The notes: generated by a model from the letters alone, not told the origin. A DNA stretch of 59,489 nt, filler included, from Squatina squatina (GCA_031763465.1; 3 parts of 3 records of this genome joined end to end with filler, not necessarily neighbours in it), one strand, 5' to 3'. Numbered from the whole stretch's first letter, positions 22,477 through 34,964 are shown. Numbers and translations are program-made.

Positions 22477-25400
22477 GGAGCTTTGACATTTAAGGACTCC
22501 GTTCTGAGCTGCCCCTTTCTGTCTCTGTTGCCTTGCAATTTGCAGCCACTTTGAGACACTGCAAAACATGTTAAATCTCTGGGGAAAGTTTTCTTGCAGT
22601 GGTGGGAGATGCAGAAGTGCTGACACTCTGTTAGCAATGTATCTGCCTATGTTGAGCTGAAGCAGGACATAGAGATTTCCAAGAGGTCTGTGGTCTGGGT
22701 ACTGGGAAAGGATAGAGAAGGATTGAGGCTAAGAGAACTGGAGGGGGAGGAATAGATCATAAATTTTGAATTAAATATATTGGGTGGCGGTGTGAGGGAG
22801 AGTTGTCATAAAGGGAATTAGACCTGCAGAGAAAGACCTCGCTGGAATTGTGCAAGTTCCAGCCGGTGGCACATGATTTTAATGGAAATTTCTTGCTTAA
22901 ATCTGTAATAATGGAAAATACAAAAAGACACTTGCATTTATATAGTACCTTTCACAACCTTGGGACGTCCCAAACACAAGTACTATTGAAGTGGAGTCAT
23001 GCAAAAATTCCATTAATAGCAAATGAGACAGATGAAGCATCATGTCATCTGTAAGCTACAGGCAACTGCTCCAGTTAGCAATGTCTTGCATTGGGAGAGA
23101 GTCAGAGTGTGATTTAACACTTTTTAATTCCACCGGTTTCATTTTNNNNNNNNNNNNNNNNNNNNNNNNNNNNNNNNNNNNNNNNNNNNNNNNNNNNNNN
23201 NNNNNNNNNNNNNNNNNNNNNNNNNNNNNNNNNNNNNNNNNNNNNCAATCTCAGTCTCCGCCAGTCAGCAGAAACACTACCCGAGCGGTTATATTTAATC
23301 AAATAGTGTGTCAAGTTGGGTGGGGAGGAGAAAGCCGAACCGCTTTCTTCTACCACATGTTCATGAACTCTATCTATGCCTCAGTTCCAATGTCAACAGA
23401 ATGTGACTGAATCTTGAATCATAGCCAGTTGAATGTGAGGTTATTGGTCCAAAACCTTCCTGGCAGATGTCCCAGGAGTACAATTTGAAAGGCTTTTACA
23501 CTTCATGTTCTCAGATGTTGCAGCCTAATTTTTTAAATGTTTACAGGGCATCTGATGCCAGTCCACAAGATGTTGAAGCCGGAGTCTTTCCGGTAAGGCA
23601 TTATTATTCTCCAAATGTGTAGCGCCAGTGTGCGAGATTGTCAACTTCTCTCTACCCTGCCCCACATGCATCTCCCCCCACCCACCCCCTCACTGCAGAC
23701 TTAGCTCCGCCTTTGGCTCTGAATTACACCCTCCACTCCCACCACCACCCACGTCATCTTCTCTCTTCTCCATCTCCCACCCCGCTCCCCGGTCCACAAA
23801 AGCAAGCGGCCCAACACTCATGGACCTCAAATTCATGAGCTGCCCATGGAGGAGAGACAGGCGCTGGCAGCTCGCACATGAAATGTCACTGAGGCCCAAG
23901 GCCCAATTTCGGGCAGGCCTCGGGCCTCTGAGTTGGGGCGCAAGCAGCCTGCACACCTCCGAGTCTGTGGGCCCAGACAGATTTCCACCCCAATGCGTTA
24001 ACTTTTATACAGAGTGACAAGGATGTGCTTTTTCTCTGTATTCAATTTTTGATTGGGATTCTTTATGGCTGGGAACAGCATGCAAGAGATTAAAGTTAAT
24101 CTCATACTCTTTAAATAGTCATTAATAAAATGGTCCCAATTACACATGTCAGATTAACTGTTCTAAAATTATCCGGTTCATGCCTCAGTCTTTTTTTAAA
24201 TATTGGGATTACATAGGCAATCTTCCAGTCTTCAGTACAGCTCCAAGCACACACATAGTGTACTACTCAAAGGACTAGTCGTGAGCTGAGAAACCTGACA
24301 GGCTGGCTCCAGTAGTCTTCACAAGCTGTAAAGTGTTAGAGAAANNNNNNNNNNNNNNNNNNNNNNNNNNNNNNNNNNNNNNNNNNNNNNNNNNNNNNNN
24401 NNNNNNNNNNNNNNNNNNNNNNNNNNNNNNNNNNNNNNNNNNNNGTGTGTAGAGAGAAGCTAAGGGATGTACACCACACCCTTGTAAACCATTCCCCTGG
24501 GAGCCAAGTCTTTCATGCATGACAAAAAGGTGTGTGTTCCACTGTATACACAATAATCTTCCTACAAATACTTAACAGAAGAAATCTTACCACCAGCCCC
24601 ATCCCCAGTGTTATAGATCTGTCCAACCCGAAGAAAAAGGTGATGGCTGCAATATCACCATTAAACCTGTGACACGAGTCCTTAGTATTGATTAGAGAAA
24701 AGAACAGGAAGAAACAATATTCTTAAAAATGCCTCTCAGTTCAGTCAACTGGGTTAATTAAAATAATTAGGGTCTGAAATTAAGCAAATATGAATCTATA
24801 GATTTTATTTTGTTTAAAACAGCGGGAAACTGAATCATCCTGGTTTTAACTATTTAATACATAATGCTCTATTTCTAAGTCGGGAACTTTTTTCTCCATC
24901 TTGCCTAAACAGCTTTCACCCATTCCTCTCAGTGATGCATACCAGAGACACTATTTTCTTTGAAAATTCACAATTTCAAATAGCCACATGCATGTACAGC
25001 AGGAGCGCCATATAATGCAAAGCATGTACGTGCTTATGCCTACACAAAGGCTACGTGCTGTCCGTTGCTGGCTCACCTTGAGATCTGAATACAAAATACT
25101 CACAGGTTGGTGCAAAGTTTTACCGAGCACACAGTATTTACTTTCTGGCGCGTCACCTGCCAACTCTTAGAGTTGGACACACACCAGCAGTTATGTATAA
25201 ACAGGCATGTTGATGTGCAGTTTTGAGATCATGGGTAGAAGTGGGTTCTTTGGCAGCTATTTGTTGGCTCCAGGTGGTAGAATAGAGCAGAAAACATTAT
25301 TCCGCAAGTTACCCATGAGACCATCAACTTCGCCTCAAACAGCAATTGTACGTCTGGTTTTTAATTCTACATTTGTTATTAAAGCAACATGACTATACCA

Positions 25401-25889
25401 CTAAAACTTGGAGGAGTGAAATATAACTGCTGCTGCATTTCTTAACCACTACAGTGCTGCCCGTCATATGGACTTCAGCAGGCGTATCATTGAACAAGAG
25501 TTTGTGTCTGACATCCTATAGACTTGTAACATTACAGTTCCACCAGTTGCCCAGTGGTAAAGGCACCACTAAACATTAAGACCAGCAATTTCCAATCTGT
25601 AGCTGATCACAAACATGGCAATAGTTAGGGAATGATAATTAACCTCAGTGCCCCATGACTAACCTCCTGCTGTAAAGTGCATGTATCTCAATATTGAGTG
25701 CAGGCAGGATAAAACTTAGTGGTGATACCATATTCAAATAGTTTATTGACGCTCATTCTGCAAGCTCACACATGGGCAAGGTACTGTAATAACAACTGTA
25801 GACAGTTAGCACACATGGAATCATATCCTACTAAGACATAGTGGCTTAAATCAGTGAAGGAGAAAAGGGAAGAAATTTGCAATAAAAAC

Positions 25890-26135
25890 CTTATACAGAA
25901 TCACAGAGCACAGAAGGAGGCCATTCAGCCCATTGTGCCTGTGCCTGTGCCGGCTCTTTGAAAGATTAGTCCCACTCCCCTGCTCTTTCCCCATAGCCCT
26001 GCAAATATTTCCTTTGAGTACATATGCAATGCCCTTTTGAAAGTTATTATTGAGTCTGCTTCCACCACACTTTCACGCAATGCATTCCAGATCATAACAG
26101 CTGGCTGTGTAAAAAGATTTCTCCTCATCTCCCCT
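25890..26135 (-). mobile_element. CR1/HER1-type LINE 3' end
   Basis: RRNLFTQPAVMIWNALRESVVEADSIITFKRALH plus a gggctgaatggcctccttctgtgc tail. Confidence 0.78.
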
Positions 26136-26394
26136 GTTTTTGTAATTCTACATTATTAAAACAAAAAGAATATATCCCAATAAAAAAAACCAAACAGAAC
26201 CAAAAAAGAATGATTGCTCTGTTCCTTTAAACCACAGCTACTACGTGCATAGTCTAAGTTGCACTATTCGAAGAAAACAATGCACAAAGATAAAAATCTT
26301 TGGATGTGGAATACCAATACCAGGTCAAAGTTACACAGGTGTAGTTTTATATTAGAAACCTGTCCTCCTTAACTGGCCAGATTAAATTCATGGG

Positions 26395-27117
26395 TGCCTA
26401 AATTAAAGGACCCTTAGTGCCCCAATCTCGTCGGTCGTAGTCGCTACCAGGGCACTAGGGTTTTTAAAAAAAACTTATCGTTGGTCCTGCCTAGCGGGAC
26501 ATTTAGGGCCCGTTTGCGGAGGCGCCCACAAAAAACACCTCCGCAGCCCAGCGCGACGCCATTCTCGGCGGCGCACTGTGATGGTGACATCATCGTGCAC
26601 ACCGCGCCGAGCGACCCGGCAGTAAATTGGCAGCTGAAATCGTAGGGGTTGCCTGGGGTTAGCGCAACAGGAAAAGCTGTCACTGCAGAGGTGGCCCCTG
26701 ACCTGCCGCCATATTTTTCCAATTTAAAAAGGTATTTGGCACCACAGCAGCGAGGAGGCGGATGTGCGTGTGTGCGCGCTCTCTCTCTCTCTGTGGCTCA
26801 TGCATTAGCGGCAAAGAATAAGGACTTTAAAGAAGTTTAACCTCTCACACCCAGTAATTAGTTCATTGCAAGGGCACTTTGCATATTGATTTAAATAGCA
26901 CCATGGATGCTGTACTCGCAGTGGAATGTCTTATGCTGCTCCATCTTAGGAATTACCTCATCAGAAGAAGGTGGAGGCAATTGCTGAGGCAAAGGGTCCA
27001 GCAGAGAGATGGCCAAAGGAGACGGGACGTTTAGACACCAAATGCAGGAGCCTGAGCCTGAAGAGGTGCCAGCAGATAGGCACAGGCAGAGGCCAGCCAT
27101 CAGAGAAAGGGGGAGGC
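26395..27117 (+). mobile_element. CpG-rich interspersed repeat, possibly a PIF/Harbinger-type DNA transposon 5' end
   Basis: Abrupt CpG-rich segment resembling 14965-15400, followed by a decayed ORF start MDAVLAVECLMLLHLRNYLIRRRWRQLLRQR. No catalytic motif visible, so the superfamily is a guess. Confidence 0.3.
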
Positions 27118-27217
27118 NNNNNNNNNNNNNNNNNNNNNNNNNNNNNNNNNNNNNNNNNNNNNNNNNNNNNNNNNNNNNNNNNNNNNNNNNNNNNNNNNNN
27201 NNNNNNNNNNNNNNNNN

Positions 27218-27375
27218 GTCAAAATCCTGGAACTCCCTCCCTAACAGCACTGTGGGAGCATCTTCACCACACGGACTGCAGCGGTTCAAGAAGGTGGCTC
27301 ATCATCACCTTCTCAAGGGCAACTGGGGATGGGCAATAAATGCTGGCCTTACCAGCGATGTCCACATCCCCATGC
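27218..27375 (+). mobile_element. LINE 3' end (same family as 2328-2785)
   Basis: SKSWNSLPNSTVGASSPHGLQRFKKVAHHHLLKGN, then gatgggcaataaatgctggcc tail; WNxLP is typical of CR1/L2-group ORF2 C-termini. Confidence 0.75.
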
Positions 27376-27499
27376 AGAAAAACCTGCACAAAATTAATGT
27401 ACTGACTCTGTGCTGTAACGTTAGTTGATTCTATGATTGTCTGCTGTGGCCCGTGTCTGGTTTTAAGTGAAGCCAAGTCTACATTCTGATTGCTCTCAC

Positions 27500-27703
27500 C
27501 TTGTTGTAGTAATACCTAAGTGCCCGGCTCAGCTTGTCATAGTTCATGTTGGTTTTATTCTTGCGCATGCCCCACAGCCGCGCCACCTCCTCTGCGTTAC
27601 GTAACTTGAACTCCCCGTCCTTGGACGTCCAGCAGATGAGGTCGTTCTTGTTCTCGTCCAAGAGCTGCCGCAGAAATTGCCACAATGTTATCGAGTTGTC
27701 CAT
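27500..27703 (-). CDS. ETS-domain ternary complex factor (ELK1/ELK3/ELK4 subfamily), first coding exon; paralog identity unresolved
   Basis: tcctgcag acceptor at 27711-27712, ATG at 27703; [68 protein letters not shown]|gtgaga. An N-terminal ETS domain with an intron after YYYxK is typical of TCFs. Confidence 0.92.
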
Positions 27704-28019
27704 CGCTGAGCTGCAGGAGAGAACCAATCGGTGAAACCAGAGATTCCATATGAGCTGTAAGTAAAAACAAAAATTACATCTGCGTCTACAAAACCTTGCT
27801 TTCTGTTTTAACTATAAACACACAAAATCCAAAAATTGTAAAATAAAAAATGACATTAATGTGGGATTTGAATTGTGCCTGTGCACCATGATCCAAATAT
27901 TCCCATTAGCTAACCCCACTTCAACTGAAGACTACATTTGATCTTGACTCTTTGTGTAACACTGCAGAAGATTGGCCAGTACCCTTAACATTTTTATTTT
28001 AAAGCTATTATTGATTTTT

Positions 28020-28930
28020 CTTCCACCACTGTTTTTGATGTCTATGAACCAGCAACTCTCTGCATAAAAAAAATCCCCTAACTTTCCCCTTCATTCTTTC
28101 AGTGACCATCTTAAATTTATACTTGGTGGAGAGTGGAAATCTATCTTACCAATTTACCTTATTAATGTCCGTTGCAATTTTGAGCACCTATTGGATCTCT
28201 TATTAACCTTCAGTTTGAGTGAAAAGAGCTTCCGGTCTCTCTCTAATCTGTCCTCTGAACTGAAGCTGTTTTTAACAGATGTCATCATAGTAAATCTCTT
28301 CTGTACCTACATTATGGCCTTGATATCTTTAAAGTAAGATGCCTGAAACTAGACACAATATTCTATTGCAGCCTAGCCAATGATTTGTTTAAGTTTAGCA
28401 TTGGCTGTTCTCTTTATAAAACCCATACTCTCTCTCTCATCAGTTTGTCCTCTCACTTTTAAAGATGTATTGACCTGATCCTTAAGTCTGTCTGCTCTTG
28501 TACTACTTTTTTTGTCACTAAGTTTGTTTCATCCCTAAATGTATCACATCACACCTTTCCTTTGTTAAATTTCATCCAACATCCTTCTGCCCAATCTACT
28601 AATTTGTCTTATTTCCTCCTGAAGTCGCTTACAATTCTCTTAATTTTTGTGTTGTCGCAAACTGATACTTTGCTTCCTATACCCAAGTTCAGATTATTTT
28701 TATATACAGTTTCCATCCATCCGAAATAAAAACATCCATTAACCTCTTCTGTTTTCTACCCTTTAGCCAAATTCACATTAGTGCCTCCACGTTCCCTTTA
28801 ATACCGTGCATCTTAATTTTGGCAACAAATCTTCTAGCAAATGGCTTTTGAAAATCCACCTACACCAGGTCCACTGCATTTCCTTTAGCAATACACTCAC
28901 TATTTCCTCAAAGAACTCTGAAATTTATAG
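28020..28930 (-). mobile_element. Old, degenerate CR1-type LINE
   Basis: Eroded CR1 ORF2 3' features on the reverse strand (e.g. gcttttgaaaatccacctacac, aaactagacacaatattcta). Confidence 0.45.
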
Positions 28931-29273
28931 TTCTTTGTATTCACAGTTTCTTGCTGTATTTAGGTATGCTAGTTTCAAATTATTTAAAATTTCAGAGATG
29001 GTCCTGTACCTATAATGCTCATCCATTGGACTTTCACGCAAGAGGTCTGAGTTTGGAAAAGTTTTAATTGACATTCACACACTAGCTTCCCATAGGTAGC
29101 AAGTTTCCCAGTCTCTCCNNNNNNNNNNNNNNNNNNNNNNNNNNNNNNNNNNNNNNNNNNNNNNNNNNNNNNNNNNNNNNNNNNNNNNNNNNNNNNNNNN
29201 NNNNNNNNNNNNNNNNNNATTTTCTCAATATAATTTTCCCTTTGCACAATAAATTAAACTAGCTCCCTCTTAC

Positions 29274-29356
29274 CCTTGCTTCGATGTATTCAATCCTTCG
29301 TTCTAGTGCGGTTAGTTTTTCATTCAGTGTTGCGAGTCGGGAACGGCAGGACATGT
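29274..29356 (-). CDS. BRK1: BRICK1 (HSPC300, WAVE complex subunit) exon 2
   Basis: ttttcacag|(D)[27 protein letters not shown]|gtaag, matching vertebrate BRK1 as recalled; lies downstream of FANCD2 on the same strand, as in human. Confidence 0.97.
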
Positions 29357-29537
29357 CTGTGAAAATGAAAATACCATACTTTACCTTTCAGTGTACATGT
29401 AGTGTCCTTTTGTAGGCACAATGCTCCAAATTAACACCAACACTAAACCCAAGTTGTCCATATTTTATGCCAGATACACAGGCAGCACCCGAGTAAACTT
29501 GTTGAAGGTTAAGGCCAGTGGCCATGAGGGCTCAGTA

Positions 29538-29738
29538 AAAAGAACTTGCATTTATACAGCGTTTCATGACTTCAGGACATCCCAAAGAGCTTTACGGACA
29601 ATTAAACAGTGAGTGTAGTCACTGTTGTAATGTAGGAAACGCGGCATCTAATTTGCACACAGCAAGCTCCCACAAACAGCAATGTGAGAATGACCAGATA
29701 CTCTGTTTTAGTGACGTTGATTGGGGGATAAATATTGG
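29538..29738 (-). mobile_element. Deu-domain SINE 3' half, truncated by gap
   Basis: aagaacttgcatttatacagcg...gggataaatattgg. Confidence 0.75.
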
Positions 29739-29838
29739 NNNNNNNNNNNNNNNNNNNNNNNNNNNNNNNNNNNNNNNNNNNNNNNNNNNNNNNNNNNNNN
29801 NNNNNNNNNNNNNNNNNNNNNNNNNNNNNNNNNNNNNN

Positions 29839-29965
29839 GTGTGCAAATTGGTTGCCACGTTTCCTACATTACAACAGTGACTACACTTCAAAAGTATTTA
29901 ATTGGCTGGAAAGCACTTTGGGAGTCCTGAAGTCATGAATGGCGCTACACAAGTTCATGTCCTTT
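29839..29965 (+). mobile_element. Deu-domain SINE 3' end, truncated by gap
   Basis: caaattggttgccacgtttcctacattacaacagtgactacacttcaaaagta... Confidence 0.75.
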
Positions 29966-30162
29966 CTTAATTCATTGAGGTACTAATTGACCAGCTGCAG
30001 ATTTCCATCAATTTCAATTTCTGTTCCGGACCTCGATTGACCCATTTTCAAAGTGTCCATTATTAGATTACATTTAAACCACTTGAACCTTTTGGTTATA
30101 GCTTTGTTGTCAACTCCTACTTATTTTCTATTGAACTTGCATTTTTTGCTGGAAATTCATAC

Positions 30163-30237
30163 CCTGTGCTTCTTGAAGCTGTAGTCGAGGAGTGGCATGC
30201 CTTGCTTAAGAAAAGATTCAATGAAAAGGCGTCCATG
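30163..30237 (-). CDS. FANCD2: FANCD2 exon (C-terminal region)
   Basis: gatacag|[25 protein letters not shown]|gtatg (human [25 protein letters not shown]). Confidence 0.93.
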
Positions 30238-31343
30238 CTGTATCACAAAAATATAACCATACATTAGGCTAAAACACTGTAGCAATTCCACCATTGTAGA
30301 ACTAATTTCTATAAAAACTATACAGTATGTGAAAAATCAAATAATGTATTTTGATGTTATTTATGGCAGACTGACAGTGACGTACTTTAGTGTTCCAGTC
30401 TGTCGTGTACAAATAGTAGTTAGGACAACATTTCAATTCCATAATCCCCACCATCATTCAAAGTCTTGGTCACACACATTGAGGGAAAAACAGCAACTAC
30501 AGGCTAGGCATTATCCTCGGGAAGGTGTTATAGGAAGACAGAGCATAGTCACTGCATTCTGCCCTTTCATGCCTTCTAAAAACAGGTTCAAGACCAGTAC
30601 CGAGACATCACAGAACACGCTGCTTGTCCACCTTTTGTTTCAGACAACGGGCAAAATTACCAGATGATAAGATTCGAGTATTTTACTTTTTTTCCCCCAA
30701 TTTTTTTTTAACCTATAGGCAGTGTGGGACATTATTGAGAGGCACTAGTAGGTAAACATCCCAACTCCATTTTGATGGGAATGAAGATTTACCAGTGGTA
30801 CCAACAACTGCAGAAGTGTCAGCAGTCTTACCTTTGGAAAAGAAGGTTATGGGTTTGAGCCAGCACCAAGGCATAATCTCAGCTGATACTCCAGAACAGT
30901 ACTGAGAGTTTGGGTGTTGTCAGGTAAGATCTTCAGTTGAGACCTTGCTCAGATTGAGGTGAAAAGGGTAATTGGAAGATTACAGAATGGATCTTTTGGA
31001 AGGATATGATCAAGCGGAACAAGTTGGTTGAAAATGGGAAACTATGTGTATGGGGGAGGGGAGAGAAGAAAGGGTAAAACATCTCATCACCATTATTGGT
31101 CAATCCTCTCGAGTGTTCCATTAAATAAAAAAGGGGAAAAATCCTAACCATTTCCATAGGCTATTTTCAACAGCCTCACTGGCACTATTGTGAACTCTGC
31201 AAAGAGATACCATAGCCACAGTTATACTACTGCAAACTGTAGAACTTCTCTTCTTGTGAGCTTTTTGATTACCATAACAATCACAGAGATCAAAATATCA
31301 TTGGATGTGAGCTTGTCATCTGCTTCATTTTTAGAGGCATATA

Positions 31344-31728
31344 GAAAGAACTTGCATTTATACAGCACCTTTGATGACCTCAGGACAGCCCAAAGCGCTT
31401 TACAGCCAATTAAGTACCTTTGAAGTGCAGGCGTCATTGTAATGTAGGAAACAGCCAATCTGCGCACAGCAAGCTCCCACGAGTAGCAATCAGATAATGA
31501 CCAGGTAACCTGTTTTAGTAATGTGGATTGAAAGATAAATATTGGCCAGGACACCGGGGCTAACTCCCCCTGCTCTTCTTCAAATAGTGCCATGGGATCT
31601 TTTACATCCACAAGAGAGCAGAAGGGGCTTCGTTTTAACGTCTCGTCTGAAAGACGGCACCTGACAGTGCAGCACTCCCTCAGTACTGCACTAGAGTCTC
31701 AGCCTAGATTTTTGTGCTCAAGTCTCTA
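31344..31728 (-). mobile_element. Deu-domain SINE
   Basis: Reverse complement of the 10940-11355 family along its whole length. Confidence 0.8.
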
Positions 31729-31915
31729 GTGGCGGACAGCAGGGAGACCCCTCTATAGTTTCCGCAATCGGACTTGTCTCCTTTCTTGAAGATGGTCACG
31801 ATTATGGCATCGCTGAGACCTCCTGGCATGCTCTCCCCTTCCCAAATGAGGGAGATGATGTCATGGATTCGTGCCATGAATGCCTCACTGCCATATTTCG
31901 GCAGGCATCGTCCGC
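31729..31915 (-). mobile_element. RTE-like LINE RT N-terminal fragment
   Basis: ARIHDIISLIWEGESMPGGLSDAIIVTIFKKGDKSDCGNYRGVSLLSA; IVxIxKKGD...CxNYRGxSLLS is typical of RTE-clade RTs. Confidence 0.75.
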
Positions 31916-32891
31916 ATGCCTGATTCAAACGCCTCCGAGGAGGGCAAAGGAAACACTACAAGNNNNNNNNNNNNNNNNNNNNNNNNNNNNNNNNNNNNNN
32001 NNNNNNNNNNNNNNNNNNNNNNNNNNNNNNNNNNNNNNNNNNNNNNNNNNNNNNNNNNNNNNTGTTCAGAATCTTTTTGCTGTAATGAAAGAAGGAAAAG
32101 GAAGAATTGCATTTCTATAGCGCCTTTCACGACCACCAGACGTCTCAAAGTGCTTTACAGTCGATGAGGTTTTATTTTTAAGTTTAGTGACTGTTGTCAT
32201 GTAGGAATGTTAAGATATAACTTTGTTTTTTCCACTTTCTTCCATTTTTAAAGCTACTTTTAATGCTATCTAATATTTTCTTCCCTTCTTGCTATATTAA
32301 GTAATTCAACAACTGAGAGATGCAGGTAACCCACGCCCAGACTGCCACGTGTGTTGGCTGCCTTCCACTTCTGGTTTTCTGGCCTCCCCAGGAATAAATG
32401 CCTCACTTTGCCAGGAACTATCTTCTACCTCCCTCCCTCCCTCAGCAACAGCATGACTGAGATGAGGAAATACTAAGATGAACCTATGTTATCTCAATGA
32501 CAAATGGCATTAGTACAGCAATGTGTTTTGGCACTGAGCCACCTTTAATTGAAACAGCCAATGTGCAATGTAGAACAAGTCAAATTCAAACGGTTCATTC
32601 GTTCTAATGAAACAGATGAGTGACTACAGTATTTCAGTCTTGCTCATGTATAAAGTAAAAATAGAACAAGGGACATTTGGAAAAGATTTGCAAAGCTGCA
32701 CCCAAGGGTACAGAATATTGCGTGTATATTGTGAACAGTTTATGGCTGCGGTCTAATCTTAAAGATTACAGCATGTGAACTACCTCATATTGTACTTCCA
32801 CACCCAGAGAACATAATTTTTCATAATAAAAAAAAATCAATAATATACTTCCTATTATCATGAGCTTTTCCAGTTTCAATGACATATGTAC

Positions 32892-33008
32892 CTTTAGGAA
32901 GAGCATTTTCTTGGAAGTAGTTGCTACCAGCATGTAGTCCAATTTGCGAGACAGGTCCTCCAGAAGAAACACTAGTTCCGCTGACCCCAGCTGTACAACC
33001 TCAGTAAC
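32892..33008 (-). CDS. FANCD2: FANCD2 exon
   Basis: cttgtag|VTEVVQLGSAELVFLLEDLSRKLDYMLVATTSKKMLFLK|gtac; 117 nt. Confidence 0.93.
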
Positions 33009-33330
33009 CTACAAGACAAGACAGGATGATCCTCAATATTTACATTGGTCTACACGTCAGCTTATGATTAGCAGCCATTTTTGGTCAATTTAACTCGCTA
33101 CTTTTGCAAATAAATTTATACTATTACTATGGTTAAATTGACAATGTTACATTACACAGCAAATTATCTCAGAATTGAACTGTATAGATCATGATTATAA
33201 ACTTGCTATGTAGCAGTATATTACGGTTAAACCAAAAAATGGAATAAAGTGGACAGAATCTTTTTAACTGCCTTATGAATTAGCAAGATAGCTTTTTTGA
33301 CAACAATGTAAGGACTATCCACACACTGAC

Positions 33331-33471
33331 CTTGGCGTGTAGCTCAGTGTCCAGTAGGGACTTGGTTACCAGGCCACAATGTAGGACAAAAAATACATCT
33401 GTATCCAGCTCCCTAAAGTAGGCTCTGTAACTGGGCAAGTTAACAAAGACTTTCCCTTCTTCAGTGTTTTC
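33331..33471 (-). CDS. FANCD2: FANCD2 exon
   Basis: ttctgcag|ENTEEGKVFVNLPSYRAYFRELDTDVFFVLHCGLVTKSLLDTELHAK|gtcagt; 141 nt. Confidence 0.93.
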
Positions 33472-33637
33472 CTGCAGAATACATGATGATATTGCATGAA
33501 ACACCACCTAGATATGTTAGAATATACACACACACACACAAACACTTACTTCCTAAAAGTGAACTATGAATCATCATTGATTAATTTTCACTGTTTTATA
33601 TTTATATTAGATCAGTGATATATAAAGCACTGCCCAC

Positions 33638-33834
33638 CAATGTTCCCACTAAGGTGTGCGCACTCACTGGCTTTTACATTGTAGACACCGACCATGCACA
33701 GAAATTTAAAGGGACAGCGCATTAAAAGAAACAGGCCCCGCAGAACAAAGCGCAGCTTACAGGGAGCATTGTATATGATTATTCTCTGATNNNNNNNNNN
33801 GAAACAGACAACGCGCAGCTCACAGGGACCATTG
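33638..33834. mobile_element. hAT-type MITE with TIRs and an 8-bp target-site duplication
   Basis: Left TIR caatgttccc (33638-33647), right TIR gggaccattg (33825-33834); flanks ctgcccac / ctggccac; extra right-end copy at ~33749-33770. Confidence 0.6.
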
Positions 33835-34794
33835 CTGGCCACCAACATCCACCATGTTGACTGCCCTATAAAGCTACTCTTTCCCCCGTCCCAAAAGAGA
33901 ACATAACCACTCCAGGCGATAACAATTATATTAAAATAAAACATATGGGAGTCATTTCAAGGAAGTGCACTGATCTTGGGTACATGTGCACTGAAGCAGC
34001 AATATATTGCACCACGGAATGGCGGGACAAAAATTTACACCTGCAAACCCTCACCTGCTAATTTGCCCAACTGAGAAGAGGAGGTGCTGAGTTAGGCACA
34101 TGGAGAAACCAACTGGGAAAGTGGGATAAAGAGAGAGAGACAGAGACGAGGGGGGGTCGGGGGATCACTGCTTCACAGTAGCAGGGTACCAGTGAAGCAA
34201 AATAATTTTCAAGCAGAGTTGGATGGGTACTTGAGGATGAGCAACTTACAGGGTTACAGACAAAAAGTGAGGATGAGATTAAGCACGACTGCTCTTTCAT
34301 AGAGCAAGTACAGGCATGATGGGCCAAATGTGCTGTTAGTTTTTATGATTCTAATGGTGAGAGTCCACGTGGATGTTGTTACTTGGATGGATTAGAATGA
34401 GCAAAGTCTTTAAATCTACACTGATTTCAAAGCCTGCATTTGTTGATCATGGGAACACTTAACAGTATTCAGAATTTACTGAAACTATTTACACAAGGTA
34501 CACACAAAAGACGTAATTGCTGAACACATTAGATATTTATTCACTGGTGTTTAATTGAGTAGGTACAGCAATCTTGAAGTTGCATGACAGTATATATATT
34601 TTTTTCAAATTGCAAGTATTTTATAGCTCTTAAAGGAGCCATTGCTAAACAAATTGAGAATAAAATCTCTTCATCTTTGAAAGGGGCTGTATATTTTTGA
34701 TTTATTTCTATGACTGGAGCTCCAGGGTACTCTTGACCCAGCTGCCTACCTTCAAAGCAGCAGCTTCAGAAGTTGGCTGATTGCATGTATCCCT

Positions 34795-34964
34795 GGACAA
34801 GTAATCCAGAAAACGTGAGTTCAAATCTCACTGTGGCAGTTTGAGAATTTGAATTCAGATTTTGGAAATCTGGAAATAAAAAGCTGGCATCATGAAGCTG
34901 TCAGATTGTCATACAAACCCAACTGGTTCACGGATGTCCGTGAGGGATGGAAACCTGCGTCCTT
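34795..34964 (+). repeat. tRNA-derived SINE-like fragment
   Basis: B-box-like gagttcaaatctc followed by gaatttgaattca...aaatctggaaataaaaagctg...aactggttcac; truncated by gap. Confidence 0.5.

Noticed and set aside
25077-25156. Minus-strand exon-like signals (53-nt GDAPESKYCVLGKTLHQP and an 8-nt micro-exon)
   Set aside because: The signals are too close to be compatible, the acceptor for the longer one is poor, and no protein was recognised.
29538-29965. Inverted repeat resembling a DNA transposon next to BRK1
   Set aside because: Two opposite-strand Deu-SINE tails on either side of an N gap; their spacing is unknown.
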